64,000 nt of DNA from Eledone cirrhosa (lineage: Eukaryota), in assembly GCA_964016885.1 (NCBI GenBank), contig OZ024742.1:63426001-63490000 (forward strand), written 5' to 3'. Made by a program: the position numbers and the translations under genes. The notes beneath the pieces were generated by a model. The model made no database searches, had not been told where the DNA came from, and saw nothing but the letters and a program-made list of their open reading frames with translations. Positions 37,725-53,537 of this stretch are shown here, piece after piece (the stretch's first letter is position 1; every line of letters starts with the position of its first letter).

Positions 37725-40700
37725 CAGTGGTCGCCAACATGGGTTCCGCGGAACCTTGGGGTTCCGTAAAACAAACACCGGGTTCCTTAAAAAAATAAAT
37801 ATTTACATTACCATTAATATTTTGGGTTTTCTGAAAAAGGTGCAAAGAAAATGCCAAAGGTGCAATGTATAAATGAACGAGTACTATTGTAGTGTACACA
37901 GGTTCTCCACTCCAATTCGTGGAAAACACTACTTTCAGTTTCTCACTTGAATTAGCAGAAAAACAGTTCTGAGATTCGTGGAAATTGAATACTTTCAATT
38001 TCACATCAATTCTTGGAAAGACATAGTTTTCTGAATTCCGAGAATTTGACTACTACTAATTGAACTTAGAAATTGACCAATTACGAACAAGTAAATATTG
38101 GTCGATGACAGCATAACTTTAAACTGAAAACTTCAGTTCAGCGAGGTCTCTCAGCCGAGAGACAGGAACAGTTCGCTGTTCTCACAACGTAAGTTCAGTA
38201 GAATGTTTTCAATAGAGAACACGTTTTAATCTGCTGTCCTCACAAAAGCTTTAAAGTCGCCTAAAGTTTCCTCACAGAGTGAACTCGCTTACTAGTCGTT
38301 TTCAACATGTATCCAGTTCCACAGACAATTCTAAATAAGAACACGTTACATTCTGTTGTACTTTGCACAAAAAATATAACGCCTGTAAAGTTTCGACTAC
38401 TAACAAAGGTAATTTTGTATTCCATGCATACACTATAAACTTTGCCACACAATTATGTATTCATTTGATGACATCTGCATTCACAATTGGGAAATTACTT
38501 TATATAATAAATATATATGTCCACAAACATTTGACTAAACTTTATTTGTTCCAATCTAATATATGTTTAACGCAGCCTAAAGCCTTCTTATATTATATCT
38601 AACTTTGAGTCAAAATAGATAGAAGATATCTGAATTAATTTCCAATACCATCGTCACATTTTCTACACTATCAGCTGATTTTCATTTTTTGCACCTTTTA
38701 GTATGGCGGATATTTAAATATATTTACATTACCAATAATATTTAATACGACCCTAAAGTAGTATATGCAGGAAGTGCTGGACTCTGAAAAAAATTTCTTC
38801 TAGTTGTTTATAAATTTGCACCTTTTTCAGTAACCCCTAATATTTTTATATTATTATAAGACTTTAAATAATATGTTTGCCATCCTAAAATGGAGAAATT
38901 TCAATTTTTTTAAATTAAAATTTTTTTTAACTAGTTAAGTTTTTCCAAATATCTAAAATTAAAGTTAATTTAAGTACTTTTTGTAATAAAAAAAAACTTA
39001 ATTTCTCTTGTTTATTAATGTCATATTAAAAATGTTAACTGTAGATAAATAACATTGATATGATGTCTACTGCAAAGAAGCTGAAGTTAGATACCAGCAG
39101 TAAGGTTAGACAGTGGTGTGATGATTATGTTAGATATGGATTTCAAAAAGCTGACACTAAAAAAGATACACCAGATCAGCCCATGTGCTTGCTATGTTCA
39201 AAAGTTCTATCAAATAGCTCTTTAAATCCTGCAAAACTTAAGACACCTTGATACTAATCACACCAATGATAAAAACAAGTCACTGGAATACTTTACATCA
39301 AACAGCATCAAAAAATCACAAGCTAATATGTATAACTTGTTTTGTAAAAAGTCAGATAGAAATAAAGCTTTAACAAGAACATCTTTTGAAATTTCACATT
39401 TGATTGGTAAAAACAAGAAACCATTTACATTAGGAGAACAGTTAATTCTGCCAAGTATAAAAATTGCTACAGAGAATCTTTTTGAAAGCTGCAGTATTAA
39501 GGACAAATAAAAATTAAGCCAGTTACCATTGTCAGCAAATACCGTAAAAAGAAGGATAATTGATATTTCTTCTGATATAGAAAATCAGATACTAACTGCA
39601 CTAAAGAAAAGCATATGTTTTGGTCTGCAAGTGGACGAAACTACGGATATTAATAACAAGGATCAATTAATTTGCTATGTACAGTTTGTAGACCTTGATA
39701 AAAAAGAATTAGTAGAAGAGTATTTGTTTTGTCTGGTGTTAGACATCACAACTAAAGGTCAAGATATATTCAATAAAATTGAAGAGTATTTTTTAAACAT
39801 TGGTGTATCTTGGAGCAAGTTGACTTCAATAACAACAGATGGAGCAGCTGCAATGACTGGTAAAAATTCTGGTTTGATTGCAAAAATTAAAGAACAGACC
39901 CCAAATTGTATTTCAAATCATTGTATGATTCATCGAGAGGTTTTGTGTTCAAAAAAATTCAAAGACAGAGATGCTCAAATATTAAATGACCAGCTGAAAG
40001 ACATTGTCAAAATTATCAATTTGATCCATGCAAGAGCAAAAAATTCTAGAATGTTTTAATCTATTTGTGAATCTTCTGGAAGTAATTATAATAGATTGTT
40101 ATTGAACAATGATGTGCGTTGGCTGTCTTTGGGGGATGCTATGAAGAGAGATTTTGAACTGAGAGAAGAAATAATAGTTTTTCTAAAAAAACAGAATGAT
40201 GAAAGAGCAAGTGTATTAGAAACCAATGAATGGAATGTGCAACTCGCTTATTTAGTAGACATTTTTGGTGAACTGAACAAACTAAATAAGTGTTTTCAGG
40301 GTAACGATGCAGATATTTTTACTTCAATCAATTTTATTACATATTTTCAATCAAAATTAAACATCTTTATACAAAGAATTGAATCGGACAATTACTCATT
40401 ACTTTCAAACCTTGAAATAGAGCTTAAAAAGAGAGAAGATTTTGACTCCAGCAATCTAAAGAAGATTATTCTTTCTCATTTAAATGTGCTTTCCACAAGT
40501 TTTTCAGATTATTTTGACTTGATGGAAAAAGATATTGTTAGCGGAAATTTATGGATACAAGATCCGTTCACCGAGATCGAGCAGTTAGTGTCAGAAAATG
40601 ACGCTGGAAATTTACTACCTGCACAATGCTTACATCAGTTGATGGATTTGAATTCAAACGAAGACCTGAAAGTGATATTCGAAAGCAGAAAGAAAGAACT

Positions 40701-41094
40701 ATGGATCGACTTATTCTTGATTGGGTAGTTTAATGAAATCAGCCAACTTGCATTGAAATATTTGACTTTATTCCCATCTAGCTACTTGTGCGAAAAAAGG
40801 TTTTCGCAGTTGGTAGAAATCAGCACAAAGAAGATGAATAAACTGTCAGCAATTGACGAGTGTATGAGACTGGCATTAACTAGTGTTGAACCTCGATTTT
40901 CTAAACTCACTGATGAGGGGCAACAGCAGAAAAGCCACTAGTTAATTGTGTTCGATTACATACACACGCATGAAACACTAAAATAAATAAATACTTTATT
41001 ATTTTTTTTTGAAAAGTTTTGTATTGTATAGGTTCCGTGAAGAATTCAAAATATTTAGAGGGTTCCTCGGTTTTAGAAAGGTTGGCGACCACTG
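37725..41094 (+). mobile_element. hAT (Buster-type) DNA transposon with complete ends
   Basis: 14-bp perfect TIR CAGTGGTCGCCAAC/GTTGGCGACCACTG. 8-bp TSD CCTTAAGC at 37717-37724 and 41095-41102. Subterminal GGTTCC repeats. Confidence 0.95.
39060..40941 (+). pseudogene. hAT transposase (BED finger, DDE, dimerisation domain), disrupted
   Basis: PMCLLCSKVL, SANTVKRRI, QVDETTD, TTDGAAAM, HCMIHRE, VRWLS, LAYLVDIF, FPSSYLCEKRFS. Several stops and frameshifts. Confidence 0.92.
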
Positions 41095-41256
41095 CCTTAA
41101 GCGATACTCCGACCAACTCCATCTCACTCAACAAACATTAGGATATACTTAAGTATTATCCCAATTTAGTGTTTGGGGTGCTAACTAATCAGTATTTCGT
41201 CGATAGCTGGTTGTATTATTTTATATGAGACATTATTAAATAAATATCTCTTTCCT

Positions 41257-41380
41257 TCCAGACGGCCGTTTCGTTATAGGATTTCTACAATTTGGGATAA
41301 ATAATTTCCAGGTTATGTAGAAACTTGTATATAATCCATAGTTTTATACACAAGCGGGCTCTTATAGACTCATCAGTGGA
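41257..41380 (-). ncRNA. Type I hammerhead motif with a long branched stem II
   Basis: Reverse complement: TCCA-CTGATGA-GTCTATAA...TATAAC-GAAA-CGGCCG-TC-TGGA. Cleavage triplet GUC. Confidence 0.75.
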
Positions 41381-41555
41381 TGCCCAAATAATATCTATAT
41401 AAAAATTATATCGACATTAATAGAATGGTGATGGTCTCCCTCAGCGCTAAGAAGAGACTGGTAGATTAGAAAATCCAGCAGTTCTCTCAAAGAAAAAATA
41501 CACGCTGTCCCCAAAAGGGTAAAGGGAGGTCATCTTAAAATAAAACAATATATAC

Positions 41556-42170
41556 AGTAGTATGTATATATATATACATACATGCACACATATATATATG
41601 TACGTATGGATTCACCGAACATTTATTATAATGCTCGGTGTGTTTGTAAATAAACATCCCGTATTAAGCTGTAGTGTCTAGCAACCATCGTACATATATA
41701 TATGTGTGCATGTATGTATATATATATATATATACATACTACTGTACGTCTGTATACATATATGTATGTACGTGTACATACTTATATTTAAGTAACAGCC
41801 GTACTAAGAGTGGGAAATGAAATTTCGTTTCATTTTTTCCGTTTATCGTTTTCGGTGTACCCGGCCGATTAACCCACTCGATATGCAAATTGGGCTACTC
41901 AGCCGTTAATATGCATAAGGTAAGTATATACGTTCAACAATCTGGCAGGAAGGTATACGTTGCTGACGATAGCTAATAAGCTTGAAACTAGTACAGCGTT
42001 CCTTTGTCAGTGTTGAACAAACGACCAACGATGGTTGCTAGACACTACGGCTTAATCCGGGATGTTTGTTTACAAACACACCGAGCATTGTAATAAATAT
42101 TCGGTGAATCCATACGTACATATATATATGTGTGCATGTATGTATATATATATATATACATACTACTGTA
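41556..42170. repeat. Fold-back element (arms ~41556-41692 and ~42028-42170) enclosing a hammerhead
   Basis: GGATTCACCGAA..CTAGCAACCATCGT versus ACGATGGTTGCTAG..TTCGGTGAATCC. Confidence 0.7.
41957..41999 (+). ncRNA. Minimal type I hammerhead motif
   Basis: ACGTTG-CTGACGA-tAGCTaataAGCTt-GAAA-CTAG-TA-CAGCGT. Confidence 0.75.
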
Positions 42171-42213
42171 CGTCTGTATACATATATGTATGTACGTATA
42201 CATACATACTTAC

Positions 42214-42257
<44 letters not shown>

Positions 42258-42849
42258 AGAGTCAGCTACCTTAAGTATCGAGTACTCTGGTGCGTTTTGG
42301 TCCACCTGGTATCTTCGAATCTCAATTGATTTACCCATTCTATAACGTCCCTTCTCTATTCTCTCAAGAATTATTTTTTCGCCTGCTTCCTCTAGTCTAT
42401 TTCCACAAACAATCCTTAAAATTTGCTGTATAGAATTCAATTTCAACGCTTGACCGGCTCCACCCATTCCCTCATTGTTCTACAGGCAAGTTCAGCCACC
42501 CCCACCTTCCACCCACTGCCATGATAGACTTAGTTGTGTTTACAAGAAATGTTGACCAATCCTCTTGACAACTACAATCTTCCCATATAAGGAATTACCC
42601 CTTGAAAAGTTCGGCTATTTATTTACCACGTTAAAAATTCTATTTTAGTTCAGAAATAGCTGTCGAAACGGTTTGAGCTCTGCCGTCGGGGTCATACATT
42701 TTCCTATATATATATATAAATGTAATCTGAGTTTTTAGAATATTAATAATAACATTCGATTTATTTGCAATTATGCAAACAAGCCTCATTTTTAAAGCCA
42801 TGTCAGTAGAATGAACCCTTCATCCATGTAGAGCGAAACTTTTTATTTT

Positions 42850-42895
<46 letters not shown>

Positions 42896-42989
42896 CATTA
42901 TATATTTCTCGGCCGAGCTATTCTGTTAGATAGCGGGCTGCAGTTGTCAGTAACCCCTTTTCTTTTATACATTCCCGGAATGTATAGGG

Positions 42990-44080
42990 ATGGAGTTTGA
43001 CCAGGATAAATGTTCCTTTATAATTTTAAAGCGAGGAAAACTACAAGCCAATCTAGCAACATTTCTTTCAATGGCCTCGCTGTTTCATCGGTATCCGACG
43101 AGGACTGCTACAAATCCTTAGGGATAGATGAAAATACAGCCTATGGTGGTATTTGTAACAAGGAACGAATCACCAGAGTATATAACACCTGGATAAGAAA
43201 CTATGGTCTTCGAAACTCTCTGCGCACAATCAATCAGTGGCCCACAATGTATTTTCTGTGCCTGTGCTAATACCAACATTTGAACTACTTGACTGAACGC
43301 TAGATGAGATCCGAGCCATTGATATTAGAACCAGAAAACACTTAGGTGCAACGAGAGTAGCAGATTCCGTGGATAAAACCTGTAGAATGTCACAAACGTC
43401 AGAAGCAGCTGTCGAAAGATGTCATCATGGCACTCTACTTATTAAGCATGATGTATCGATCAAAAAACTATACAATGCTATCAGTAGAAAGAATAGTCCG
43501 GAGAAGAAAAATATTTTTAAAATTACAGTGATGTGGAGAGCCCATATATACATAATATGAAAGAGTACTGCTGGAATGTTCTAGTCAAACCCTTAATAAA
43601 ATGAAAACATAGTGATATGAGATAGATAAAAGAAGGCATGCACAGTACTAGAAATTAGCTGCCCAGCAGATTTTTATATAATGTTTCAACTTTTGGCACA
43701 AGGCCAGCAAATACCCCAGTGCATTACTGGTGCTTTATTTTATCGACCCCGTAAGGATGAAAGGCAAAGTCAACCTCGGCTGATTTGAACTCAGAACGTA
43801 AAGGGCCATAACTCTATGCTTCAAAGCATGATATCTGACGTTCTGCCGATACAGCCAAACCATAGCGAAAAGGGGGACATTTATGCTGAACTAAGGAGGA
43901 GTCTGCAGATACTCCACCTTGACTACACCTTTAGATTTGTCCTTGTGATCATTGGGGCTTTGGTATATCTTACTAATTGCCTCAGTAGAAATCTTGAAGA
44001 GCCCGCTTTACAGAACCAGAGCACGGCTAGTTAGGAAGTTGCAAGTACAGTTCATTAATGGAACTAACAATATGTAAAAT
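42990..44080 (+). pseudogene. Decayed RLE-type LINE (R4/Dong-like) fragment interrupted by a SINE
   Basis: YKSLGIDE..IRKLWSSKLSA..HNVFSVPVL..IDIRTRK; EK..IYAELRRSL...FVLVIIGAL. Confidence 0.55.
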
Positions 44081-44204
44081 ATTTCAGTAATCCAACATGT
44101 AATAACTGTATATACACATGTGTAGATACAGAAACATATACACGTGTACACATAACTCAAAACATACAATAACATCCATATCTGCACACACACACACACA
44201 CACG

Positions 44205-44314
<110 letters not shown>

Positions 44315-44796
44315 CGCACACTCACACATGTCTAATTTCCAGTGAAAGAGTCGTGTTCCTATGTTAGAAACTGGCTCTCTATTGGTGAAAATTTATGAAA
44401 TAATAAAACGTGAAGAACATACATACATACATACATACATACATACATACATACATACATACATACATACATACACACATACATGCATACACACATACAT
44501 GCATACATACATACATACATACATATATACATACATACATACATATGGGTATATAATGACATACACGTGCATACATATACACAGCCTGTTTCCCTTTCTT
44601 TCCCTTTCGTCTCTCAATTGGTTAGGGGAGGTTATTCAAGAATTATCTACACTTCAGAAGTCCCGACCCGACTCCACTACCTCTGACTCTACACTAACAA
44701 AATGTCCAACCCACACATCACAGCCACTTATGTCAAGGATATATGTTTCCCATTACAAACTCCCATTGTTAGTTAAGGAGGAGCCCCAGTTGAAGG

Positions 44797-44834
<38 letters not shown>

Positions 44835-44965
44835 GTAGGAGGTGAGTTTTATTGTAGTACAATAAAGCAATGCAGATATCGGATAAGAAGCACTCTACAG
44901 TTTGTAGGACTGGAGTATACATAATAATATATAAGATCAAAAGATGGTTAAAAGAGTTCCATGTA

Positions 44966-45032
44966 TTTTATTATGCGCATTTCAAAAACAAATATCATCA
45001 TGAGATGACATTTGCGTTTTCGTCAGATAAAA
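44966..45032 (-). ncRNA. Type I hammerhead motif (family A, copy 4)
   Basis: Reverse complement of 1817-1883. Confidence 0.75.
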
Positions 45033-45140
45033 TAGGGAGACATGATATGAAGGTTAAAACACACTTGTGAATAGTGCAGTTAATAATAATAAAATAATAA
45101 AATAATAAAATACATGGAACTCTTTTAACCATCTTTTGAT

Positions 45141-45218
<78 letters not shown>

Positions 45219-45258
45219 CATTACCCTTTATCCATATATGTATATAAACGCACACACA

Positions 45259-45330
<72 letters not shown>

Positions 45331-45892
45331 CATATGTGTGTGTGTGTTTGTTTGTGTATATGTGTGTGTGTATTGCGAACGCATAAGCCTTTAATATGTA
45401 AACATAGAAATAATTTATAAATTTTAATATATGGTTTTAACTGGATATTCAAGGAATTAGCAGTTTCATAGTCTTTGTTGACAAAGGTACGCATTATCCG
45501 TTACGGCCTGTCATCAGTAATCTTCAGCCAAAGAAATATTTCGGGTCGTCTCTAGCACTTCACATCATTACAGCTGATAGCCTAGGTCAAAGTAACCTAA
45601 GGCAGGGTCCCTAGACTTTCAGGTATTTTAAGCACACTGTAACACGTCAAACGTTCACTCAACTACAGCAAAATAGTTCATGGGACTCCAGACACCAGCC
45701 TTATAAATAATATAATCCTGAATAATGGAAATCGTGGAAGCTGGTGGCGTTGAACAACATATAATTATTATTAGCCAATTAGTAAGTGACATGTAAGCGT
45801 TGTTGGATCACTAGATATCGGTGTGTGCCACTTGAGTAACTGCTGAGTAGGAATAATTTAATAGTTGTAATATATATATATATATATATATA

Positions 45893-46127
45893 TCCAAAAT
45901 TAAATTAAGGGTGTCATGTCCGAAAGACATGCGCCATATCCACTGTAGAATATGCTCAAAGATTCCCTGGTTGTTTCATGTGTTTATTTTAGATATATAT
46001 ATATATGTCAATCAATTTCTAGTTGATATAAAATGCTCAGATCTATTCATTGGAATCTTTGAGCATATTCTACAGTGGATATGGCGCATGACTTTCGGAC
46101 ATGACACCCTTAATTTAATTTTGGATA
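45893..46127. repeat. Inverted repeat (arms ~75 bp) between (TA)n tracts
   Basis: TCCAAAATTAAATTAAGGGTGTCATGTCC..GATTCC versus GGAATC..GGACATGACACCCTTAATTTAATTTTGGA. Confidence 0.85.
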
Positions 46128-46367
46128 TATATACGGCCCCTTAATTGTAGAGCTAACTCAGTTTAAAGGACTCGGCTGCTATTTCTAGCTATCGATAATC
46201 CTATTCACGCTACTGGGATGACGCTGGTGCGGTGTGTGTATTTTTAAAAAATGCAACACGTGCGACGGGTCATCCGCAGATTTGCATTTGCTGTGTAAAC
46301 ACAGATAGTTAAATCTTCTCCCTTGTTGAAAATTCGGGATTTGACTACTGTGAGTTTTCGGATTAAT

Positions 46368-46563
46368 GGTGAAATATATTACTTTAAGGAAGATTAATCA
46401 TTTTAAAAGGTATCTATATTTGAAGTTCTAGTTAAACTTTAATTTGTAAAGTGTGTAAGCACACACAGCTAGGTAGGTAACTAATTAAAGTTTAACTAGA
46501 ACTTCAAATATAGATAGATACCTTTTAAAATGATTAATCTTCCTTAAAGTAATATATTTCACC
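46368..46563. repeat. Inverted repeat (arms ~78 bp)
   Basis: GGTGAAATATATTACTTTAAGG..AACTTTAATT and its reverse complement. Confidence 0.85.
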
Positions 46564-46851
46564 ACACACACACGTATATATATATATATCCCACCCCCAC
46601 TCTCAAGCGAGAACCTAATACCAACACCGTTCGTACTGCACTCCTTGTTTTTATTTTGTTCTTTGCCAATACATATATACACCTTCCATATACTGTACCG
46701 ATTGTGTTATTATTTCTGTTTACCTTTTACACACACACACACACAGACCTCGACGGCTGAGCTCCGGCCGTTTCGACAGCTAGGTCATATATATATATAT
46801 ATAGTTTTTTTAAAAAGTAAACAGAGAACAAAAACAGAAAAACGAAGAGGC

Positions 46852-46981
<130 letters not shown>

Positions 46982-47195
46982 GACTAGAAATGGCTGTGTA
47001 GTTGCTATTTAAGGTAACTTAAAATGCAGTGGGAATATGAAGAAGCAAGAACAGGGGGGGGGGGGGTTCCTCATCAGTTGTCTACTGGGGGTCTAGGATA
47101 TTTCTACGCTTTAAAGACAAGATACCACTTCACCCCAGGGCGTCAATAACTGGATAAGTTATTGGGAAAACGAAGGAGGAGGGAAGGAAAGCAAA

Positions 47196-47784
<589 letters not shown>

Positions 47785-47790
47785 ATATAT

Positions 47791-47840
<50 letters not shown>

Positions 47841-48065
47841 GGATTAACAAATAATAGTTAAATGCAGTCCACTTAGGTGAAGTCCAGTTATGGTATTCCA
47901 GGTAGTGGATGATATTAACGCTTGGCTTGGTTTGACTCTACAAGGCGTTTTCATAGTGATGCTGCGGGTATGCTGTAATTCCTATGTTGTAAACACTTGG
48001 AGTAATAATAAATCAGGAAAGAAGGTTTACATGGTTTGCTATACAAAAAAGTTTTTAATCACATA

Positions 48066-48171
48066 GCTTACATTTGTTTCACTGAACTGGTATGTCTAGA
48101 GATCGCTATCCGCCTAATTTTGCGTCACTCGATCGCCAATACAGAATTATAACCAGTCAGATCTTCGGAGC
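48066..48171 (-). ncRNA. Hammerhead-like motif with a CCGAAGA core
   Basis: Reverse complement: GCT-CCGAAGA-tCTGACTGGT...ACCAGtTCAGt-GAAA-CAAATG-TA-AGC. Confidence 0.5.
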
Positions 48172-48531
48172 ATGCGAGAATGAAGAAAATACACAGGCAA
48201 GAAAATAAAAGAAAATATGGAGTAGTTATGGCATTCAATTAGAACAATAAACAACAACAATTATTACAACAATGCTATCAATAAACTATTTAAGGAGACC
48301 CTGACATTACTTAGGTGGGGGGTATATAATGTATCTAATGTTACGGCGTGAAAACCAGCTGTCATAAGGCAAAAAGTATCGTAGTGTGTATCAATTTTAA
48401 ATTATAAAGATAAGCTAGTTTTTACAGTCTTTCTCTTCATCTTCAACCGTATACATGAGTGGGACCACTGTCAAAGCTCAATAGTTGTAGAGTTAATACA
48501 GAGGTTAACGAATTAATATACGCATATATCT

Positions 48532-48594
<63 letters not shown>

Positions 48595-48807
48595 AATATA
48601 AATACATATACACATATATGTGTACATAGACACATACATACACACTAATATACACTCGTACAAAAATATACATACATGCAAAGAGAAAAGCGTGCTAATT
48701 GTAATATGGCAAAAAGAAGGTAAAGTAACATTGTAGTAGTGAAATGAGAAAAACTAGGATCTAGGATCAAATGATTGCAGCAGCTGAGAAGGAGTAAGAT
48801 TGTTGGT

Positions 48808-48848
<41 letters not shown>

Positions 48849-48994
48849 GAAATCGAAAATGCAACTGGAGTCTTATTTTTTTTTAAATATATATATTTAT
48901 TTGGTTCCTTTACTGATTTCGCAGTTCTTCTGCCTTTCAAAAGTAGAGTTCAGATGGAGGGTCTGTGGTTTTTCTCACATCTGTTTTTTCTTAC

Positions 48995-49036
<42 letters not shown>

Positions 49037-49062
49037 ATGTGTGTGTGTGTGTGTGTGTTTGA

Positions 49063-49121
<59 letters not shown>

Positions 49122-49123
49122 CA

Positions 49124-49192
<69 letters not shown>

Positions 49193-49288
49193 ATAGATAG
49201 ATATATGTATGTATATATATTATATATATATGTCTATATATTTGTGTGTATATATATGTGTGTGTGTGTATGTGTATGTGTATATATT

Positions 49289-49338
<50 letters not shown>

Positions 49339-49496
49339 TATATAACATATATATATATATATATATAATATTAATGAACCGCCGAGGTTGACTTTGCCTT
49401 TCATCCTTACGGGGTCGATAAAATAAAGTACCAGTAATGCACTGGGTAATTGCTGGCCTTGTGCTTAAAGTAGAAACAATTAATGAACCTCAAACC

Positions 49497-49644
<148 letters not shown>

Positions 49645-49994
49645 AAGTATAAAGAAAGAAAAAGAGAGAGATTAAAATATAGAGAGAGGAGGTCAGCCAT
49701 GGACAGGGTGTATGTGTGTGTGTGTGCGTGTGTATGTGTGTATATCTATATGTATCTATGCGAGTGTGTGTGGAGACGGGGTGTGTAAATATGAATGTAT
49801 GTGTATGGTGTATCTACATATGTGTGTGTATGTGTAAATAGTTCTAAAGACATGGTAAGAAAGAAAGAGAGAGATATAAAGAAATAGAGAGAGTGGGGTC
49901 ATTCAAGATATGTGTGTGTATGTGTGTATATATATGTGGGCGTGTACATATACATATATATATATATATAACACCATGGTAAGAAAGATAGATA

Positions 49995-50094
<100 letters not shown>

Positions 50095-50108
50095 TGCCAT
50101 CCAAAGTA

Positions 50109-50157
<49 letters not shown>

Positions 50158-50184
50158 AACAGCATGATAAGAAAGATAGATAGG

Positions 50185-50244
<60 letters not shown>

Positions 50245-50268
50245 TGTCATCCAAAGTATGTGTGTGTA

Positions 50269-50300
<32 letters not shown>

Positions 50301-50336
50301 CATATATATATGTGTGTGTGTGTGTGTGTATACGTG

Positions 50337-50408
<72 letters not shown>

Positions 50409-50415
50409 ATACGTG

Positions 50416-50473
<58 letters not shown>

Positions 50474-50480
50474 ATACGTG

Positions 50481-50535
<55 letters not shown>

Positions 50536-50540
50536 AAGTG

Positions 50541-50593
<53 letters not shown>

Positions 50594-50598
50594 AAGTG

Positions 50599-50685
<87 letters not shown>

Positions 50686-51246
50686 AAGTGTATGTGTGTG
50701 TCATATATATATAAAGGCAGGATGAAAGTCCATAAACGTTAGTGTATGGTTTCAGTGGCAGTTGATTGAACTGTGTCTACTAGGGACTTCCAGATATATT
50801 CTTGCTGCTACTGCAACTGCTGTTGTTCCTGCTATCGTTGAAGGTAGATTTTTGTTGTTGTCATTGTTGTTGTTGTTGTTGTTACTGCTCTTGTTGGAGC
50901 TTCATTGCTATTGTTATTATTAGTCTGAGTTCAAATCCCACCAAGGTTAACTTTGCCTTTCATCCTTACGGGGTCGATAAAATAAAGTACCAGTAATGCA
51001 CTGGGACAATTACTGGCCTTGTGCCAAAAGTAGAAACAGTTATTATTGATGTTGTTGTAGTTGTTGTTGCTGTTGTTGAAGGCATATTGCTGTTGTTATT
51101 GTTAATGTTGTTATTGTTGTTATTGCAGCTATATTGTTGTTGTTGGTGTTACTGTGAAAGTTATATTTCTACAGTTGTAATAAGCTTATGAAATGTTTAA
51201 TATAATACCCTAATAACTATTAATCTGGATACCTAAATATGGAATG

Positions 51247-52110
51247 TTACGCGATGCCCCCCTCCCTCACACACAGCCCCGGCGGACGGGGTGGAGAAGG
51301 CGTTCCCGCGGAGACAGCAAGGGAGACACGCTGGAAAATCCACTCCAACTCGCGGGGTTCACACCTGCGGCTGACCTGCTCAGCGCCTATGGTGGTTAGT
51401 AGGGAGGTAGCCCTGGGGCCGAGGACACCAGAAGTCTCCACTGCCAGGGAGACCTGTCGGAGAGCGACCGGTATTTGAGGAGCTTGGCCTCCTCAGCCCG
51501 ACCACCAGCAGAACCTGGGTTAGTGGCAGACTGCACCAGGTTGTGGCTGCAGAAAGTGTCGGTGCAAGTAACATCCCAGACGAGGGGTTTGCCACCGCGG
51601 AACGGGAAGATGGTCGTGCCATCTGGCCTTTTTCCGTACCCTCGGGCCAGCCCCACCGGCTCGAGCTGGGAAGGGAAGCCCGCAGCGTCCAAGCCATGCT
51701 TTATGACCTCGTTGAGGGCAGCATGGCGTGGTAGGCGGTCGGCACTGTGGCGACAGGAAAGCGGGTGGAGGCCGAAAGAGTCCACGGTGGATCCGCAGCG
51801 ACATTGGTGTGTCTCGCAGATCCGGAGGCCGAGCCTCAAGAAAACGCCGATGCGCAGGCTATTGTTGTCTAGCTGCGTGCCAGTGGAGAAGGAGGGCTGG
51901 GCATGGAGCCAGGCACCACTGTGGGGTTTGGAGGCCGCACGAAAGCAGGCAAGGCGGTGCTGGTCGAGCTGGCGCGTGAGCCTGTCTGAGGCCAGGCTGC
52001 ACTGGATGGCATCCCAAGTGCTTTGGGGGCCTTGACGTCAACAGGGGGAGAAGGAGGAGGGACGTCTACTGGGCTAAGTCCCAGCCGGTCCCACGTCTCA
52101 CAGGCAGCCT
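51247..52110 (-). mobile_element. CRE-like non-LTR retrotransposon 3' part (CCHC and restriction-like endonuclease)
   Basis: CRCGSTVDSFGLHPLSC, RHAALNEVI, EPVGL.R..GKRPDG, LVWDVTCTDT, AEEAKLLKY. Confidence 0.8.
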
Positions 52111-52265
52111 CACGTTCTCTGAACACAGAAGGTTCTATTGTTTTGAAGAACCCAAGTCATCTCTGCTCTACTGCAGTCCTACAACTATATTTAAAAGTCA
52201 GTGACGCCACAAAGGTTTTTTTATTTTGCAAGCTTTACAATATATATATATTATGTATTGAACCT

Positions 52266-52388
<123 letters not shown>

Positions 52389-52870
52389 TTTGTCTCACCC
52401 TTTGAAGTTGTGAATTAGACTGGTTATCTACGCACGTGGCTGACACATTTCAGCTCGCTACTATATTGTTATATAATGGATGATCGCATTTAAAGTCCGT
52501 TAGAAGGTTCTTGGCACTACCATTGTTACAATCGCTTTCCTCTAGCCATGGGGCTTGGAGAGATGAACCGAATGCTACCATTCTATTTTATATCAATGTG
52601 AACTGCTATTTCTAATAGCCATCTTTTCACTCCTTGATAATTTGTGCGTGAGACACGTTGGCTGAGTTCTTCTGACAGGAACTAATAGATTGATTCTTTT
52701 TAGCTTCCCGTCCCCACGTAAAATTTGTAAATCAGTGGCTAGTTGAGAGATAGAGTCCTATCGGTTGCCAGTTGCTAATCGCTTTACCGTGTCGGTTGTC
52801 ACAAACAGTCATGACCGGCATGGGCCGGTGTTTGGATTCTGTCGATCGATTGGTTATTGATTAGGCGATA

Positions 52871-52980
52871 CCCGCTGATGAAGCCGCATAAGCCAATTGT
52901 GCATTGTTGCATAATATATGCAGACAGATGGTGCAGTGCACCTTACTGCTGCATTAGTGCGGCAGAAACTCGAGTCCGGG
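52871..52980 (+). ncRNA. Type I hammerhead ribozyme motif with extended stem II
   Basis: CCCG-CTGATGA-aGCCGCA...TGCGGCa-GAAA-CTCGAG-TC-CGGG. Cleavage triplet GUC. Confidence 0.8.
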
Positions 52981-53125
52981 AACCTTATAGGCACCCGTTT
53001 TACGTGTGTTGTGATGAGGCAAATAACTATATGTATACTCTGGTAATGTATCTTACACTGCCCATTGAGTGCGCTGAGATACAACCGGTACTGGCATTGA
53101 TAAATATGCTGGGTCCGTCAACCCT

Positions 53126-53168
<43 letters not shown>

Positions 53169-53325
53169 ACAGTTACAGGCGACACGCCGTTCGAAGCACT
53201 CGATGCTGTTACAAGGTCCATTTCGTTTGGGTTGTATTCCAGTGTTTACAGCTGTATTATACATAGAGTAGATAGAATATAAAAGAGTCGAAGTCAGTGT
53301 TCCAGCATATGTACAAACTTTATTT

Positions 53326-53415
53326 GCATATTACAATTGTTTCGATATCGATCAGCTCACAGTACAATCAAGGTGACGGAGGCCCGACTCTTTTTCGACA
53401 TCTCATCAGATATGC
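53326..53415 (-). ncRNA. Type I hammerhead ribozyme motif
   Basis: Reverse complement: GCATAT-CTGATGA-GATGTCGA...TCGATATC-GAAA-CAATTG-TA-ATATGC. Confidence 0.85.
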
Positions 53416-53537
53416 TAGCTTATATGTGCAAAGACAGTTTAGATGTATTTATAGGCTTCTCTGGGTTATATTCTAAGTGATATTATTTATTGAGATGTAA
53501 TATATATTACTGACTAAATTTTATATACATACATACA

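Noticed and set aside
37661-38004. N-terminal part of the 283-aa ORF 37153-38004
   Set aside because: Chance fusion running from the hAT left end through (TA)n into the RTE fragment.
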